Source: Methanocaldococcus sp. 28A (GTDB lineage Archaea; AGJL01; Methanococci; Methanococcales; Methanocaldococcaceae). From it: DNA of 64,000 nucleotides. The translations under genes and the position numbers were made by a program. Where the stretch lies: NCBI GenBank assembly GCA_049852185.1, contig CP187540.1, one strand, 5' to 3'. Shown here piece after piece: positions 50,741 to 62,035 of the stretch (position 1 is its first letter; the number at the start of each line of letters is the position of its first letter). The notes beneath the pieces are model-generated. The model saw nothing but the letters and a program-made list of their open reading frames with translations. It was not told the origin of the DNA and made no database searches.

Positions 50741-52777
50741 TTAAGCGATGGTATATTCCCTATTTGCCTTAAATGGCCTAAACTTTTTACCTCCACCTTC
50801 ATAGAACTGACTGAAGAACTCTACATAGTGTAATCTTAGAGAGTGTATAAAAGCTCCTAATCCATTCATTACAAAGTTGAATATGTGACCTCCTAATAGG
50901 ACAATTATCATCAAAATTATCCCAACTACTGGAATGGATTCTCCAACAATCTTAGCCATAATATTTACAGCCATTGCTAAACCTCCAGTAGCCAAACAGA
51001 GAGCTAACAATCTTGCGTAAGATAACACGTTTCCTAAGAATCCTGTTATATCCATAGCTCCTAAAATAGAACCCATAAATCCATTTTCTTTGAATCCTTT
51101 AATTGCACAGACAACTATTGCAATTAACGCAGCTACTCCTATTATAGCTCCAGTTATTATCATATTTGATGTTGTTATGTAGAGAATTACTCCTACTATT
51201 ATTGATAAGATTAATAAAATCCAAATTCCTTGGTTTATTATAGCATCTCCTGTATTTCCTTTTTCGATATTCTCTTTAAATCCTACAATTAATCCAATTA
51301 ATAAATGCAATAAACCAACAGCTATAGAAAACCCTAATATCGCTATTGGACCATTAGCTAAGTATTTACTCTCACCTAATGGATTAACTAATGCCAACCC
51401 ATATTTATAGATGTTAATTTTTAGGAATTCCCATAAGAAATCTCCCAAGTAACCCCCTGTTATAATACCCATTATAATTGTTGATATTCCTGCTAATGTT
51501 AAGATATAACCAAGCTTGTTAGCCCCTTCACTAACTTTACCTATCTTTTTCCACATACATAAACCAACTATAGTCAACAATAAACCATAAACTGCATCTG
51601 TTAGCATAATTCCATAGAACAACAAGAAACCAGGAACTAACAATAATGTTGGGTCAACTTCATTGTATTTTGGTAGTGCATACATCTCTGTAAGCATCTC
51701 AAATGGTTTAATTGCTTTTGGATTATCTAACAATACTGGAATCTTCTCCTCAGGTTCATCTGGTTCACTTATTTCAACAAATGCAAAACCATCTGCTGCA
51801 TTTACAATTAAATTCTTTGCTTTTTCAGCATCTCTTGCAGGAACCCATGCTTCTATATAGTAGGTTCTATTTGTTCTACCAAATTGTGAGTATGCATCCC
51901 CTCTTGCCTTCTCTATACTCAGGAGTTCATAGACAGCCAATAACTCTTTCTCCCATTTTTCTGCTAAAGCTTTTAATTTCTCTACTAAGCTATTTCTTTC
52001 TGATTCTATTGATTTTAATTCACTCTCTATCTTTGATAAAGCTTCACTTGGAGTCCCTTCCACACCACTGATATCATATCTCTCAAATTCGAACTTTCTA
52101 ATCTCTGATAAAACATTTTCAAGTTTCTCTTTCAATGTAATAAATACAATTGGGACTCTAATCTTCTTATCTTTTTCAAATTCATTTCCAGTAAATACTT
52201 CAATATATCCATCTGCTACTTTATCGAGCTCTGCTTTTAATTCAGCAACTTTTTCTTTAGGTACACTTCCAGCTCCAATAAACACATACTCTCCAGAACC
52301 AAGATATTTTAAGTCAAACTCTAAACCTTTTAAGTAAGATATTTGCTCTTTTAGTTGCAATAACTTAGATTTTTTATTATCTAACTCTGATAATTTTTCA
52401 GCTGGTCCATCGACATCTTTGCTAATATCACTTAATACCTTTTCGGCATATTCAATAACTTCTTTATAAGAGTTGAATGAAACTTTTTTCTTTTCAATAG
52501 GTTTTGGATTCAAAATATCTTTTATACTTGTCTCTTTCTGGCTAACACTTGAAAACATATCTAATAATCTACCAGCTTTTATCATCAATGATGTAACATT
52601 TCTAACATAATCAGCTGATGATGATTGTGACAACAGTGTTTTCCATTCTACATCTTCCAATTTTTCAGATAAATCACAAAGTTCAACAATTCCTGCTTCA
52701 TGTAGACTTCTTACAACATTATCAATTTTTTCATCCAATATCACCGCTTTTAATTTCTTCATTCTTACAGGTCTCAC
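50741..52777 (-). CDS. atpI: A1AO ATP synthase subunit I (a)
   Basis: LSYARLLAL, HSLRLHYVEFF; GTG start at 52777. Confidence 0.96.
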   Translation of the reverse strand: MRPVRMKKLKAVILDEKIDNVVRSLHEAGIVELCDLSEKLEDVEWKTLLSQSSSADYVRNVTSLMIKAGRLLDMFSSVSQKETSIKDILNPKPIEKKKVSFNSYKEVIEYAEKVLSDISKDVDGPAEKLSELDNKKSKLLQLKEQISYLKGLEFDLKYLGSGEYVFIGAGSVPKEKVAELKAELDKVADGYIEVFTGNEFEKDKKIRVPIVFITLKEKLENVLSEIRKFEFERYDISGVEGTPSEALSKIESELKSIESERNSLVEKLKALAEKWEKELLAVYELLSIEKARGDAYSQFGRTNRTYYIEAWVPARDAEKAKNLIVNAADGFAFVEISEPDEPEEKIPVLLDNPKAIKPFEMLTEMYALPKYNEVDPTLLLVPGFLLFYGIMLTDAVYGLLLTIVGLCMWKKIGKVSEGANKLGYILTLAGISTIIMGIITGGYLGDFLWEFLKINIYKYGLALVNPLGESKYLANGPIAILGFSIAVGLLHLLIGLIVGFKENIEKGNTGDAIINQGIWILLILSIIVGVILYITTSNMIITGAIIGVAALIAIVVCAIKGFKENGFMGSILGAMDITGFLGNVLSYARLLALCLATGGLAMAVNIMAKIVGESIPVVGIILMIIVLLGGHIFNFVMNGLGAFIHSLRLHYVEFFSQFYEGGGKKFRPFKANREYTIA

Positions 52778-52795
52778 TAAAATCACCCTGTTAAT

Positions 52796-53110
52796 TTAGA
52801 TTTCAAGAATCTCTGATAACTTCAACGAGAGTATCTTAACCTTAGCAATTGATATAATCTCTTTAATCTCTTTTTCTGTTTTTTCAATAATCTTCTCAGC
52901 TTCTTTTTTAGCCTCTTCCTCAGCTTTTTTAATCATTTCTTCAACAAGTTTTTTTGCTTCTTTTTCAGTTTCAGCAATTAATTTTTTTGCCTCTTCAATT
53001 GCTTCTGCCTTTATTTGCTCGGCTCTATGTTTTGCTTCTTCTATTTCTTTAACTGCCTGCTCTTCAGCCAACTTTACCTCTTTTATTGCATCCATAACAC
53101 TAACACTCAT
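52796..53110 (-). CDS. atpH: A1AO ATP synthase subunit H
   Basis: A/E/K-rich coiled coil; first gene of the operon. Confidence 0.85.
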   Translation of the reverse strand: MSVSVMDAIKEVKLAEEQAVKEIEEAKHRAEQIKAEAIEEAKKLIAETEKEAKKLVEEMIKKAEEEAKKEAEKIIEKTEKEIKEIISIAKVKILSLKLSEILEI

Positions 53111-53198
53111 ACTTCCACCTGCAGTTATTGGTAATATTTTAAAAATAGAGCAGGTATATAAAATTTTTTATCTTCAGTTCTATCACTATTTTTAGATA

Positions 53199-53708
53199 TC
53201 AGAGAAATTTGGTATAAGTGTGTATGATAGCTGGAATACAGCCAATGGCTGTGCAAGTTTCTAAAGACACTCTCTTTTCGGTTATATCTAAATGGTAAGA
53301 GCATGATTCCATTATATCCTTTGGCAAACCATGTCTACCTAAACCAACATAAATTCCAATTGGCTTCTTTTTTAATAAATAGACAGTGTTTAATGGAGTT
53401 ATTACCTTTTTCTCATCTGGCTTAGATGTTGAAGCAATTGGAATTCCAAATTGAGGAAGAAATTTATCAACAATGAAAAATCTATTTTTTTCAATTAATT
53501 TTTCTAAGTATTCCCCAGAATTACCAATGGTTGTTTTTATATTTAAAATATCTTCCATCTCACATGGAAAGTCCATTATAGCCAAGTTGCAATCAAACGC
53601 ATAACATATTGGAGCAGCTCTTGCAATAGCCCTCTTATGAGCTTCATGCCACCTTATTTTATCATAGGAATTATATAAAATCATTGTCATTCTCTTTAAC
53701 TTTTTCAT
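53199..53708 (-). CDS. DUF531 family protein (SPOUT-like)
   Basis: NSYD..EAHKRAIARA, GLGRHGLP, SLETCTA. Confidence 0.8.
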   Translation of the reverse strand: MKKLKRMTMILYNSYDKIRWHEAHKRAIARAAPICYAFDCNLAIMDFPCEMEDILNIKTTIGNSGEYLEKLIEKNRFFIVDKFLPQFGIPIASTSKPDEKKVITPLNTVYLLKKKPIGIYVGLGRHGLPKDIMESCSYHLDITEKRVSLETCTAIGCIPAIIHTYTKFL

Positions 53709-54050
53709 ACTTTACCTCAACTATTTCTATTTAAAGTTGAAAAATTAAATTAGGAGGATGTCTATGTAGCATTATTATATGATAACACTCCGCTTAAAGT
53801 AGAGAATTAAAAAACATCAACATCCAGGGTTGCTTCACAGTTATTTTATATCTTTCTATTCTTTCGCTAAATGTAAAATCTATTCTTATCTTTTATCTTT
53901 CTTAAAACATAACAAGTCCCTGCCTATCTCGCTCTATTTGTGTTTATATATATGAATTTTGTAGAAATAAATATATATTTTTATGAAGAACTTCTGAAAG
54001 TGATAATGTTCTAAATTTATTAATATAACCTATAAAAGTTTTATTAAAAT

Positions 54051-54896
54051 CTATTTTTCTATTTTCTTCCTTTCAGTTATTTTTTCATTAACAATATCTA
54101 AATACTCTTTTAACCTTTCTTTACTCTTCACAGCATCTCTAACATTCTTATTTTCTATACTTATTATTCCATCATATTTAATATCTTTTAACTTGTTAAG
54201 AACTTCAACAAAGTTGATATTTCCATCTCCTATTTTTAAATGTTCATCATCATAGCCATTGTTGTCATGGGCATGGACATGAATTATACCAATTCCAATA
54301 TTCTGAAGTTTTTCAACAAATTCAGCAGGATTTCCTACAGTATTTGCATGCCCAATATCAAATGTTATTCCTAAATTCTTTGAGTCAATGTCTTTAACAA
54401 TCTCCAATAATGATTCTGGAGTTATTCCCAATAATCCTCTAAAGTTTGGCATATTCTCTAAACCAATCTTTATTCCATAATCTTCAGCTATCTCTACAAT
54501 CTCAGATAGTGTTGAAAAATTGTTATCCAATATATCATTTACATAGTTACTCCAAAGCTCTGGAATATAGCCGGGATGCACTACAACAACTTCAGAATCA
54601 AGTTCAAAAGCTCCCTCTATAGCATCTCTAATACATTCAACCGTTAATCTTCTAACTCTCTCATTCATTGATGCTGGGTTTAAATCTGAAAAAGGTGCAT
54701 GCACTATAATATCTACATCATCATACTTATCTCTCAATTCCATAAGATACTTTATATTCTTTGGAGATAGATAATGAGTTCCTTCACAAACAATTTCCCA
54801 TGCATCAAAGTAGAGCTTAGCTATTTTTTCCATTGAAGAAGTTAAACATTCTGGTAAGAAAACTAATGATGAAACTCCAAATTTCATATTTAACAC
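54051..54896 (-). CDS. Sugar phosphate isomerase/epimerase (AP endonuclease 2 TIM-barrel) family protein
   Basis: HAPFSDLN, LENMP, DIGHA, HAHDN..DEHL. Confidence 0.85.
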   Translation of the reverse strand: MLNMKFGVSSLVFLPECLTSSMEKIAKLYFDAWEIVCEGTHYLSPKNIKYLMELRDKYDDVDIIVHAPFSDLNPASMNERVRRLTVECIRDAIEGAFELDSEVVVVHPGYIPELWSNYVNDILDNNFSTLSEIVEIAEDYGIKIGLENMPNFRGLLGITPESLLEIVKDIDSKNLGITFDIGHANTVGNPAEFVEKLQNIGIGIIHVHAHDNNGYDDEHLKIGDGNINFVEVLNKLKDIKYDGIISIENKNVRDAVKSKERLKEYLDIVNEKITERKKIEK

Positions 54897-54933
54897 CCAT
54901 TTGATTCTTTGTCCTAATTTAATTTATAATATA

Positions 54934-56307
54934 TTATTCTCTTCCCCAATCGTCATTAAATCTAACGATATCATCCTCCTCCAAATACTCTCCAACTTGA
55001 ATTTCAATAACTTCCAAAGGAATTTTTCCAGGATTTTCTAATCTATGCTTTAAACCACTTCTAACAAAAATACTTTCTCCACTTCTAACGAACTTTTCTT
55101 CTCCTTCAATAGTTACTTTTGCCATTCCCTTCACAACTACCCAGTGCTCACTTCTGTGATAATGCAATTGATAGCTTAACTTTTTTCCCGGCAATACAGT
55201 TATCTTTTTGACCTTATAAAACTTCCCTATTTCTAAAACCTCATACCATCCCCAAGGTCTATACACTTTTTTATGATATAGAATTCTTTCATCATTTTTT
55301 TGTTTTAAATATTTAACTATATTCTTAACCTTCTGACTATCTCCTTTATTACAAATTAATAAAGCATCTTTTGTATCAACAACAATTAAATCATTTATAC
55401 CAATTAAAGAGACTAACTTTCCATTATATGAATATATTAAATTATCTTTTGAATTTAATAAAATAGTTTCTCCATAAATAACATTTCCATTATTATCTTT
55501 ATCAAAAACATCATATATAGCATCAAAACTACCTAAATCACTCCATTTTATACTTAATGGAATTACAGCTACTCTATTAGATTTCTCCATGATACCATAA
55601 TCTATAGAGATGTCAGGGACTTTTTTATAAATTTCATTAATATCCTCTTCTTTAAAAGCTTCATAAACTTCAGGGCAATATTTTTTAACTTCTTCTTCAA
55701 AAATATCTGTATTAAATAGAAACATTCCACTGTTCCATAAATAACCTCTTTCAATATATTTTTTAGCAGTTTTTAAATCTGGCTTTTCTTTAAATTCATC
55801 AACTTTATAACCAATATTTAGCTTCTCTCCAGGTTTTATATATCCATAACCAGTGTGTGGTTTATTTGGCTTTATTCCAAATGTTATTAAATAATTATCA
55901 GCTAATTTTTCTCCTTCTTTAACCGTTTTTATAAATTCATCTACATTCTCAATTAAATGGTCTGATGGAAATACAGCTATATTATCATCTCCATATCTCT
56001 CTTTTATAACCTTAACTCCATAATAGATTGCTGGTAATGTATTTTTTCCTATAGGTTCCACTAATATATTACTTTCTTTAAAATTATAACCCAATTCCTC
56101 TATTTGCCCTAAAACCAAAAACTTATGATTTTCATTGGTTATTATGTATATATCCTCTATATCTGATACTTTTAAAGCTCTCTCAAAAGTTAATTGGAAG
56201 AGAGATTTTTCAAATGCCTTGAATTTTATAAACTGTTTTGGATAATATTCTCTACTTAATGGAAATAATCTACTCCCAACCCCTCCAGCTAAGATTAGTG
56301 TTTTCAT
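54934..56307 (-). CDS. manC: Mannose-1-phosphate guanylyltransferase / mannose-6-phosphate isomerase
   Basis: LAGGVGSRLFPLSR..PKQF, EKP, WNSGMF, WSDLGS; cupin RPWG..HYHRSEHW. Confidence 0.95.
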   Translation of the reverse strand: MKTLILAGGVGSRLFPLSREYYPKQFIKFKAFEKSLFQLTFERALKVSDIEDIYIITNENHKFLVLGQIEELGYNFKESNILVEPIGKNTLPAIYYGVKVIKERYGDDNIAVFPSDHLIENVDEFIKTVKEGEKLADNYLITFGIKPNKPHTGYGYIKPGEKLNIGYKVDEFKEKPDLKTAKKYIERGYLWNSGMFLFNTDIFEEEVKKYCPEVYEAFKEEDINEIYKKVPDISIDYGIMEKSNRVAVIPLSIKWSDLGSFDAIYDVFDKDNNGNVIYGETILLNSKDNLIYSYNGKLVSLIGINDLIVVDTKDALLICNKGDSQKVKNIVKYLKQKNDERILYHKKVYRPWGWYEVLEIGKFYKVKKITVLPGKKLSYQLHYHRSEHWVVVKGMAKVTIEGEEKFVRSGESIFVRSGLKHRLENPGKIPLEVIEIQVGEYLEEDDIVRFNDDWGRE

Positions 56308-56379
56308 TTTCTCACCTTAAAAATTATATTCACAAATATTATGGTATAAATTATAAATAATTAATCTCTCTAAAACCAT

Positions 56380-56916
56380 TCATTCTTTTTTAAACAAGAA
56401 CATAAAGAATGAAACCAATCCAACTCCAATTAAAACCATAACTTGACTCAAATAATCATAACTCAACAAATTAAAGTATTGCCAAAAGATAAAAATTCCC
56501 AATATAACAAACCCTATGGGAATAATAACTCCTCTTATATCTAATTCTTTATAAAAAGCATTAAATAATAGGTATAAAACTAAAATAAAAAACAAATACT
56601 TATAAAAATAACTCAACAGTAACATAAATGCAACAATAGTATTTTGATGATTTTCATCCTCTTTCAAAATATCTCCTAAAAAAAGTAGATGTGGAATTAC
56701 TACAAAAAATATTACTTCCCAATTTGTATATAAGGATTTAAAACTAACTAAAAACCCAATAGATAAAAGATACAAAACAAAAACAAATAAAGATAGATTT
56801 TTATTAAAATTCTTTAAAACATAAACACATACAAGAAAAATTGGAGCATAAAAGTTAATAAACAATCCTCCAACAATTGCACTAATTAAAGAGGTTAAGT
56901 TTATCTTTATTTTCAT
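56380..56916 (-). CDS. Hypothetical multi-pass membrane protein
   Basis: Hydrophobic ORF overlapping the upstream gene's stop (ATGA coupling). Confidence 0.7.
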   Translation of the reverse strand: MKIKINLTSLISAIVGGLFINFYAPIFLVCVYVLKNFNKNLSLFVFVLYLLSIGFLVSFKSLYTNWEVIFFVVIPHLLFLGDILKEDENHQNTIVAFMLLLSYFYKYLFFILVLYLLFNAFYKELDIRGVIIPIGFVILGIFIFWQYFNLLSYDYLSQVMVLIGVGLVSFFMFLFKKE

Positions 56917-58211
56917 TTTATGTCCTCCAATATATTATCAATTAAATCTCCAGGACCTATATCTAAAATAGGGCAGAGAGTGCTGATTTTTCTAAGTGAC
57001 TTTTCCCTCTCAACAAATCTCTTGTAGAGTTTTGGGATATTATATTCATCCAATCTATCCTCATCAATAAACAGTATAGGATTTAGGGATAAAATATATA
57101 TTTTAACATTTTTCTTTTTAAGATTATTAATAACTCCTACCAATTCTCTCCATCTTAACCCAATATCAGTTATTATTATAACTGAACTATTTGGTTTTAC
57201 TTTATTAGATGCTAATGTAATTCCACTAATGGAACCCCTCAACAATGGAGATATAGATTTTAAAAATTTTAAATTTATTTTATTCTCAAAAGAAATTTTT
57301 AAACTTGGAATTCCCTTTGAAGACTTAAGTTCTTCAATAAAATTTTTTATAACTCCATTTTTAGGATTACTTATTGTCTTTTTAACTCCAACATTATCAA
57401 AGAATATTATCTCAAAGTTTATATTTTTTGATGTGATGAAATAAGTTAGTTGAGATATAAGCAAACTCAAATAATCAATCTTTGATTTTTTTGAATTAAT
57501 TTCTTTTAGAAATTCCCTACTGACATCAACAAGAATATAAATATTTCCCTCAAATTCTCTTAAAAACTCTTTTATTATCAATCTCCCAGTTCTTGCAGTT
57601 GCCTTCCAATCAATATACTTAGCGTCATCTCCTATTTGATATTCCCTTAAAGTATCAAACTCTAAACTTCTTATACCCATTTTTAGTGAAGTTAATGTAT
57701 CTTTGCTAAGTTTTATATTTCTATCTCTTATAAGACCATTTTTAATACTATCGATAGATGGATATACATTTACAGTAAATTCCTTTTTTATAAAAATGTC
57801 TTTGCAGTATATTTCATAAACATCATAAACCCTCAAGATAAATTCTTTAATTTTAAAACTACCCTTTTTCTTAGGTTTTAATTTAACCTCAATCTCTTTA
57901 CTCTCCCCAGCATTTAACAACAAATCTGGAACCTCCCAAAAAAAGTTATCATCACTCTCTAAGATCCTAATTTTTAGAGGAATTTTTGACTTATTCTTTA
58001 TTTTAAAGATAAACTTTATTTCCTCATTTTCAACAACATCAGTATTTAGAATTTCAATATCACAACTAACCAATGGGTTAAATGAAAATCTCACTGCCAA
58101 TAAATATAAAATAATCCCAAGTCCAAGTAATGGCGGAATTATATTAATAAATAAATATCCCTGCACAAAGAGCAAAATACTCGTAAAAATTAACAAATCC
58201 TCCTTATTCAT
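56913..58211 (-). CDS. DUF58 domain protein (MoxR-associated, vWA-like)
   Basis: EFDTLREYQIGDD..IDWKATAR, DVSRE. Confidence 0.9.
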   Translation of the reverse strand: MNKEDLLIFTSILLFVQGYLFINIIPPLLGLGIILYLLAVRFSFNPLVSCDIEILNTDVVENEEIKFIFKIKNKSKIPLKIRILESDDNFFWEVPDLLLNAGESKEIEVKLKPKKKGSFKIKEFILRVYDVYEIYCKDIFIKKEFTVNVYPSIDSIKNGLIRDRNIKLSKDTLTSLKMGIRSLEFDTLREYQIGDDAKYIDWKATARTGRLIIKEFLREFEGNIYILVDVSREFLKEINSKKSKIDYLSLLISQLTYFITSKNINFEIIFFDNVGVKKTISNPKNGVIKNFIEELKSSKGIPSLKISFENKINLKFLKSISPLLRGSISGITLASNKVKPNSSVIIITDIGLRWRELVGVINNLKKKNVKIYILSLNPILFIDEDRLDEYNIPKLYKRFVEREKSLRKISTLCPILDIGPGDLIDNILEDIK

Positions 58212-58221
58212 AATATCAACA

Positions 58222-59151
58222 TCACTTTGGAACTTCAGTGTTTTTTAATATATCCTCAATAACTTCTTTTACACTAACACCCTCCATCACATACTCTGCC
58301 TTAACCTTAATTCTATGATTTAAGATATACAATGCAAGTTCTTTAACATCATCTGGAATAACATAGTCCCTTCTATTTAAAAAAGCCAAAGCCTTAGAGG
58401 CATAGAGAAGATGTTCAGATGCCCTCGGGGAAGCACCATAAAGCAATCTATCATCAGTCCTCGTTGCATTAACAATATTAACTATATATTCCAAAATCTC
58501 ATCACTTACATGTACCCCCTTAACTCCAATATAGGCATACTTTAAATCAATCTCCGATATTACAGAATTTACTTTCCAAAAATTATCTAAATGTTTCTTT
58601 TTTAACATTTCAATTTCTTCATCCTTCTTAGGATACTCTAAATTAATCTTAAACATAAACCTATCCATCTGTGCCTCTGGGAGCTCATAAACCCCTTCAT
58701 GCTCTATTGGATTTTTTGTTGCTATTAGCATAAATGGCTTTGGGATTTCAAAAACTTTTCCTTCAATAGTAACTTGTCTTTCTTGCATAGCCTCCAACAA
58801 TGCAGATTGTGTTTTTGGGGAGGTTCTATTTATTTCATCTGCTAACACAATGTTTGCAAAAATTGGGCCTTTTTTAACTTCAAAACTCCCTGTTTTTTGG
58901 TTGTAATAATATATTCCAATAATATCACTTGCCATTGTATCTGGAGTTAGTTGTATTCTTGAAAATTTTAAGCCAAATACCTTTGCGAAGTTTTTAGCTA
59001 TTGTTGTTTTTGCTATTCCAGGAAAACCTTCCAATAAAACATGTCCATTGGATAATAAAGCTATTGTTAAAAGTTTTATAACATCCTTTTTTCCAACAAC
59101 ACATTTTTCCATTTCTTTCTCTATTTTTTTAAGAAATACTTTTCCTTCCAT
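58222..59151 (-). CDS. moxR: MoxR family AAA+ ATPase
   Basis: HVLLEGFPGIAKT, LADEINR, ALLEAMQE, LPEAQMDRF, GASPRA. Confidence 0.95.
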   Translation of the reverse strand: MEGKVFLKKIEKEMEKCVVGKKDVIKLLTIALLSNGHVLLEGFPGIAKTTIAKNFAKVFGLKFSRIQLTPDTMASDIIGIYYYNQKTGSFEVKKGPIFANIVLADEINRTSPKTQSALLEAMQERQVTIEGKVFEIPKPFMLIATKNPIEHEGVYELPEAQMDRFMFKINLEYPKKDEEIEMLKKKHLDNFWKVNSVISEIDLKYAYIGVKGVHVSDEILEYIVNIVNATRTDDRLLYGASPRASEHLLYASKALAFLNRRDYVIPDDVKELALYILNHRIKVKAEYVMEGVSVKEVIEDILKNTEVPK

Positions 59152-60121
59152 ATTTTCTACCTGCTCTAACCATTTCAATGAACTCTTTTAATTTCTCATA
59201 TTCAATATTGTTTTCTTCAGCAATTTTTTTAATATCTATCTTATTATTCTTTCTATTTAAAACCCTAACTAATCTATTAAATATCTTAACATATAATCCA
59301 CTTTCATTTAAAAATCCCAAAACTATTATAACAAAGAATATTAGAAACATTTTGTTTTTTGATACCGAACTATGTAAATAAACTACTCCAATATCATATG
59401 GACTGAATCCAGCATGATGAACCTCATCAAAATAATAAGTCCCAGCGTTTATATGTTCTAAAAAATATTTCCAAAATTTACTATTAAATTTATACATCCC
59501 ATTTATAAAAATGTCTGGATCTGAAATTATAACAATCTTTCCGTTTGAATAGTTTGTTTCAACCATTATTGGATAAGCCTTTTGCTTTCCATTGCTAACA
59601 GAAACGGAACTTGTTAATATTATTCCATTATTTGAGTTAATATATGCTGGAACATTCAATGTAACATTTCCATTGAAATTTTTAACTTTGCATGTTACTA
59701 TTAAATTATCATTTTTATAATAAAAGAGGTCATTAACCTTAGAATTTGATATTCTCATTGACAAATTTAAACCTTTAAGGATTTCATTTGCAGTACCAAA
59801 ATCATCCGCTATAACCACTGTATTTCCATTATTTAAAAATTCTTTTATTTTTTCAATCTCATACGTAGAAAAATCAAGATTTGGCCCAATAATAAACAAA
59901 ACTCCATTCATTTTTGAAAAATCATACGTGTTGTAGGGAGAGATTAAAGGAACTATATCTCCCCTCTTATAAACCATCTTAGCAAATTCTGAACATCCAT
60001 TCCATTTTGTATTAAATATACTATAATCAGAGAATGTTTTTATTGTAGGGACCCCAATAGGTAAAGATAACAAAGCCACACCAATACATGCTAAAACCAC
60101 ATATTTCAAATACTTATTCAT
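59129..60121 (-). CDS. DUF4350-like exported/membrane protein
   Basis: N-terminal TM, SIFNTKWNGCS, IADDFG, SDPDIFIN, FDEVH. Confidence 0.75.
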   Translation of the reverse strand: MNKYLKYVVLACIGVALLSLPIGVPTIKTFSDYSIFNTKWNGCSEFAKMVYKRGDIVPLISPYNTYDFSKMNGVLFIIGPNLDFSTYEIEKIKEFLNNGNTVVIADDFGTANEILKGLNLSMRISNSKVNDLFYYKNDNLIVTCKVKNFNGNVTLNVPAYINSNNGIILTSSVSVSNGKQKAYPIMVETNYSNGKIVIISDPDIFINGMYKFNSKFWKYFLEHINAGTYYFDEVHHAGFSPYDIGVVYLHSSVSKNKMFLIFFVIIVLGFLNESGLYVKIFNRLVRVLNRKNNKIDIKKIAEENNIEYEKLKEFIEMVRAGRKYGRKSIS

Positions 60122-61922
60122 TAATTTCCCCCAAGATTTTATTTATTCTTTTAAAAAACTCTTCTCTTAAATGGGCATTAATTTCAATTCCTTTATAAAC
60201 ATAATTTTCATGAATTTTAGTTATAATATTTAAATCATCATATAAATCAGGTTTTTTCTCTTTTATAATGTTGAGAAGTTCTCTTGGAGTTAGATTTTTT
60301 GGTAAATTATATTTTGAAGTAATTTTGTTGAAAATAAATTTATAGGCTTCTTTAATATCATTAGGTATTTCTTCATCTTTTTCATTTACTTCTTTAGTTT
60401 CTACAATATTCTCTTCACTCACTTCAACAACGATTTTCTCTTTATCATACTTAGACTGTTTAAATACTTTATTTTTATAAAGATAACCAATTATTAATCC
60501 CAATGCTACAATCCCCAATATAATAAATATTATAGGAGAATTTTCTTTAACATGAATTTTTATAATATTAGATTTACAACCTTCATGATATTCATCTCCT
60601 CTATAAATTGCATAAACTACATAATCTCCCGAGGAGTTAAAGAATATGTTTGTTTTGAAAGTTCCATTGGTTTTTATTATTTTATATAAATTGTCATTAA
60701 CAAATATACAAACGTCAGAAGTTCTATTTAATCCCTCAACATTTCCATAAATGATTAAAGGTTCATTAACAGAGACGTTGGTTTTATCAGTATAGATAGT
60801 TATTTTTACAGGATACTTTAAAAACTCAACATCTACTGTTTTATTAGCAGGTTTATAAATTTCATTTCCTTTATATACTAAATTAATGAGTTTCAATAAT
60901 GATTTTGGGGAAAACTCAACTATAGTAAATGTTCCATTATCATCTACATGTATAATTTTATTATTAGCAAAGATTGTAGTATTTTTTATAGGATTTCCAT
61001 AGTAATCAATTAACTTTCCATTAATCTTTATTTCCTCACCAACATAAGCTGTGTAGTTATTATCTACAACCATGTAACTTGGAATCCTTGATACATTAAC
61101 ATAAACTATGTTAGATGTCTTACCATTCTGTGTGGCATATATTTTATAGATTCCTGTCCTATTAAAGCTATACTTCATTAGAAATAAATTATTTTTTACT
61201 GTTAGATTGTAGGTTTTATTTTCTTCATTATTTATATGTATTATAACGTATCCATTCTCTCCAATTCCATATATTGTTATATTTTCAAATAATATAGGAT
61301 TTTTATTTGATACATCTATTGTTAAATTTGTTATTGTTATGTTTCCATATTTTGAAAACTTTTTCTTATATAATTCCAAATATTTTCTAACATCTGAGGT
61401 ATTAAACTTTAACGTTTCATTTCCTTTTTTTAATATAGAGATATTATCTATTTCATCCAGCAGTGTTTCCATATTATTTATTGTTTCATTTATTTCAACA
61501 ATCCTTAACCTTGCATTATACAAACTGTAAGTTGTATTTTTAGCTAAATCATCCTTTAACTCTTTATTCAACTCACATAAATGCATAAGCTCTTTTGAAA
61601 ATTCATAAAAAGGATTTATGATATATTCTGAAGGACTCTCTATATTTTTTGACTTATATATTAATATTACCGTCCTTGTTTTCTCAACTTTTTTAAAAAC
61701 ATATATTGAATCATTAAAATAGTCTGGATTGTCAAAAACCATCTCATTCAAAACATCTGCAAATTCTTTAATAATATCATTAAAATATTTGTAGGTAAAT
61801 TCATCATCATCCACTAACTCTTCTGGATTTATATGATTTTGGGCATTGGCTATAGATAAAGATAAAGCAACAAAAATGATGAAATAATATTTCAACCTAT
61901 TCAGCATCACTTCCACCTTCAC
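60114..61922 (-). CDS. Secreted membrane-anchored Ig-like repeat protein with DUF4129-like C-terminus
   Basis: Signal peptide, beta-rich repeats (YKGNEIY, YRGDEYH), TM segment, LTPRE motif. Confidence 0.7.
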   Translation of the reverse strand: MKVEVMLNRLKYYFIIFVALSLSIANAQNHINPEELVDDDEFTYKYFNDIIKEFADVLNEMVFDNPDYFNDSIYVFKKVEKTRTVILIYKSKNIESPSEYIINPFYEFSKELMHLCELNKELKDDLAKNTTYSLYNARLRIVEINETINNMETLLDEIDNISILKKGNETLKFNTSDVRKYLELYKKKFSKYGNITITNLTIDVSNKNPILFENITIYGIGENGYVIIHINNEENKTYNLTVKNNLFLMKYSFNRTGIYKIYATQNGKTSNIVYVNVSRIPSYMVVDNNYTAYVGEEIKINGKLIDYYGNPIKNTTIFANNKIIHVDDNGTFTIVEFSPKSLLKLINLVYKGNEIYKPANKTVDVEFLKYPVKITIYTDKTNVSVNEPLIIYGNVEGLNRTSDVCIFVNDNLYKIIKTNGTFKTNIFFNSSGDYVVYAIYRGDEYHEGCKSNIIKIHVKENSPIIFIILGIVALGLIIGYLYKNKVFKQSKYDKEKIVVEVSEENIVETKEVNEKDEEIPNDIKEAYKFIFNKITSKYNLPKNLTPRELLNIIKEKKPDLYDDLNIITKIHENYVYKGIEINAHLREEFFKRINKILGEINE

Positions 61923-62035
61923 ATTTTTTGAAAGTGTGGTATCCCGAAAATATTTCGCATCTATAAATAATAAAAAAGAGGTTGATATAACTATAATCCC
62001 TAATTTTTTATATATACTTTCATATAAATCTTTCT

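Noticed and set aside
53750-53940. RBS AGGAGG followed by ATG-TAG, and a mildly GC-rich patch as a possible sRNA or the missing IS607 right end
   Set aside because: No stable stems, C/D boxes or CAGAACG-like end found; most likely a gene relic.
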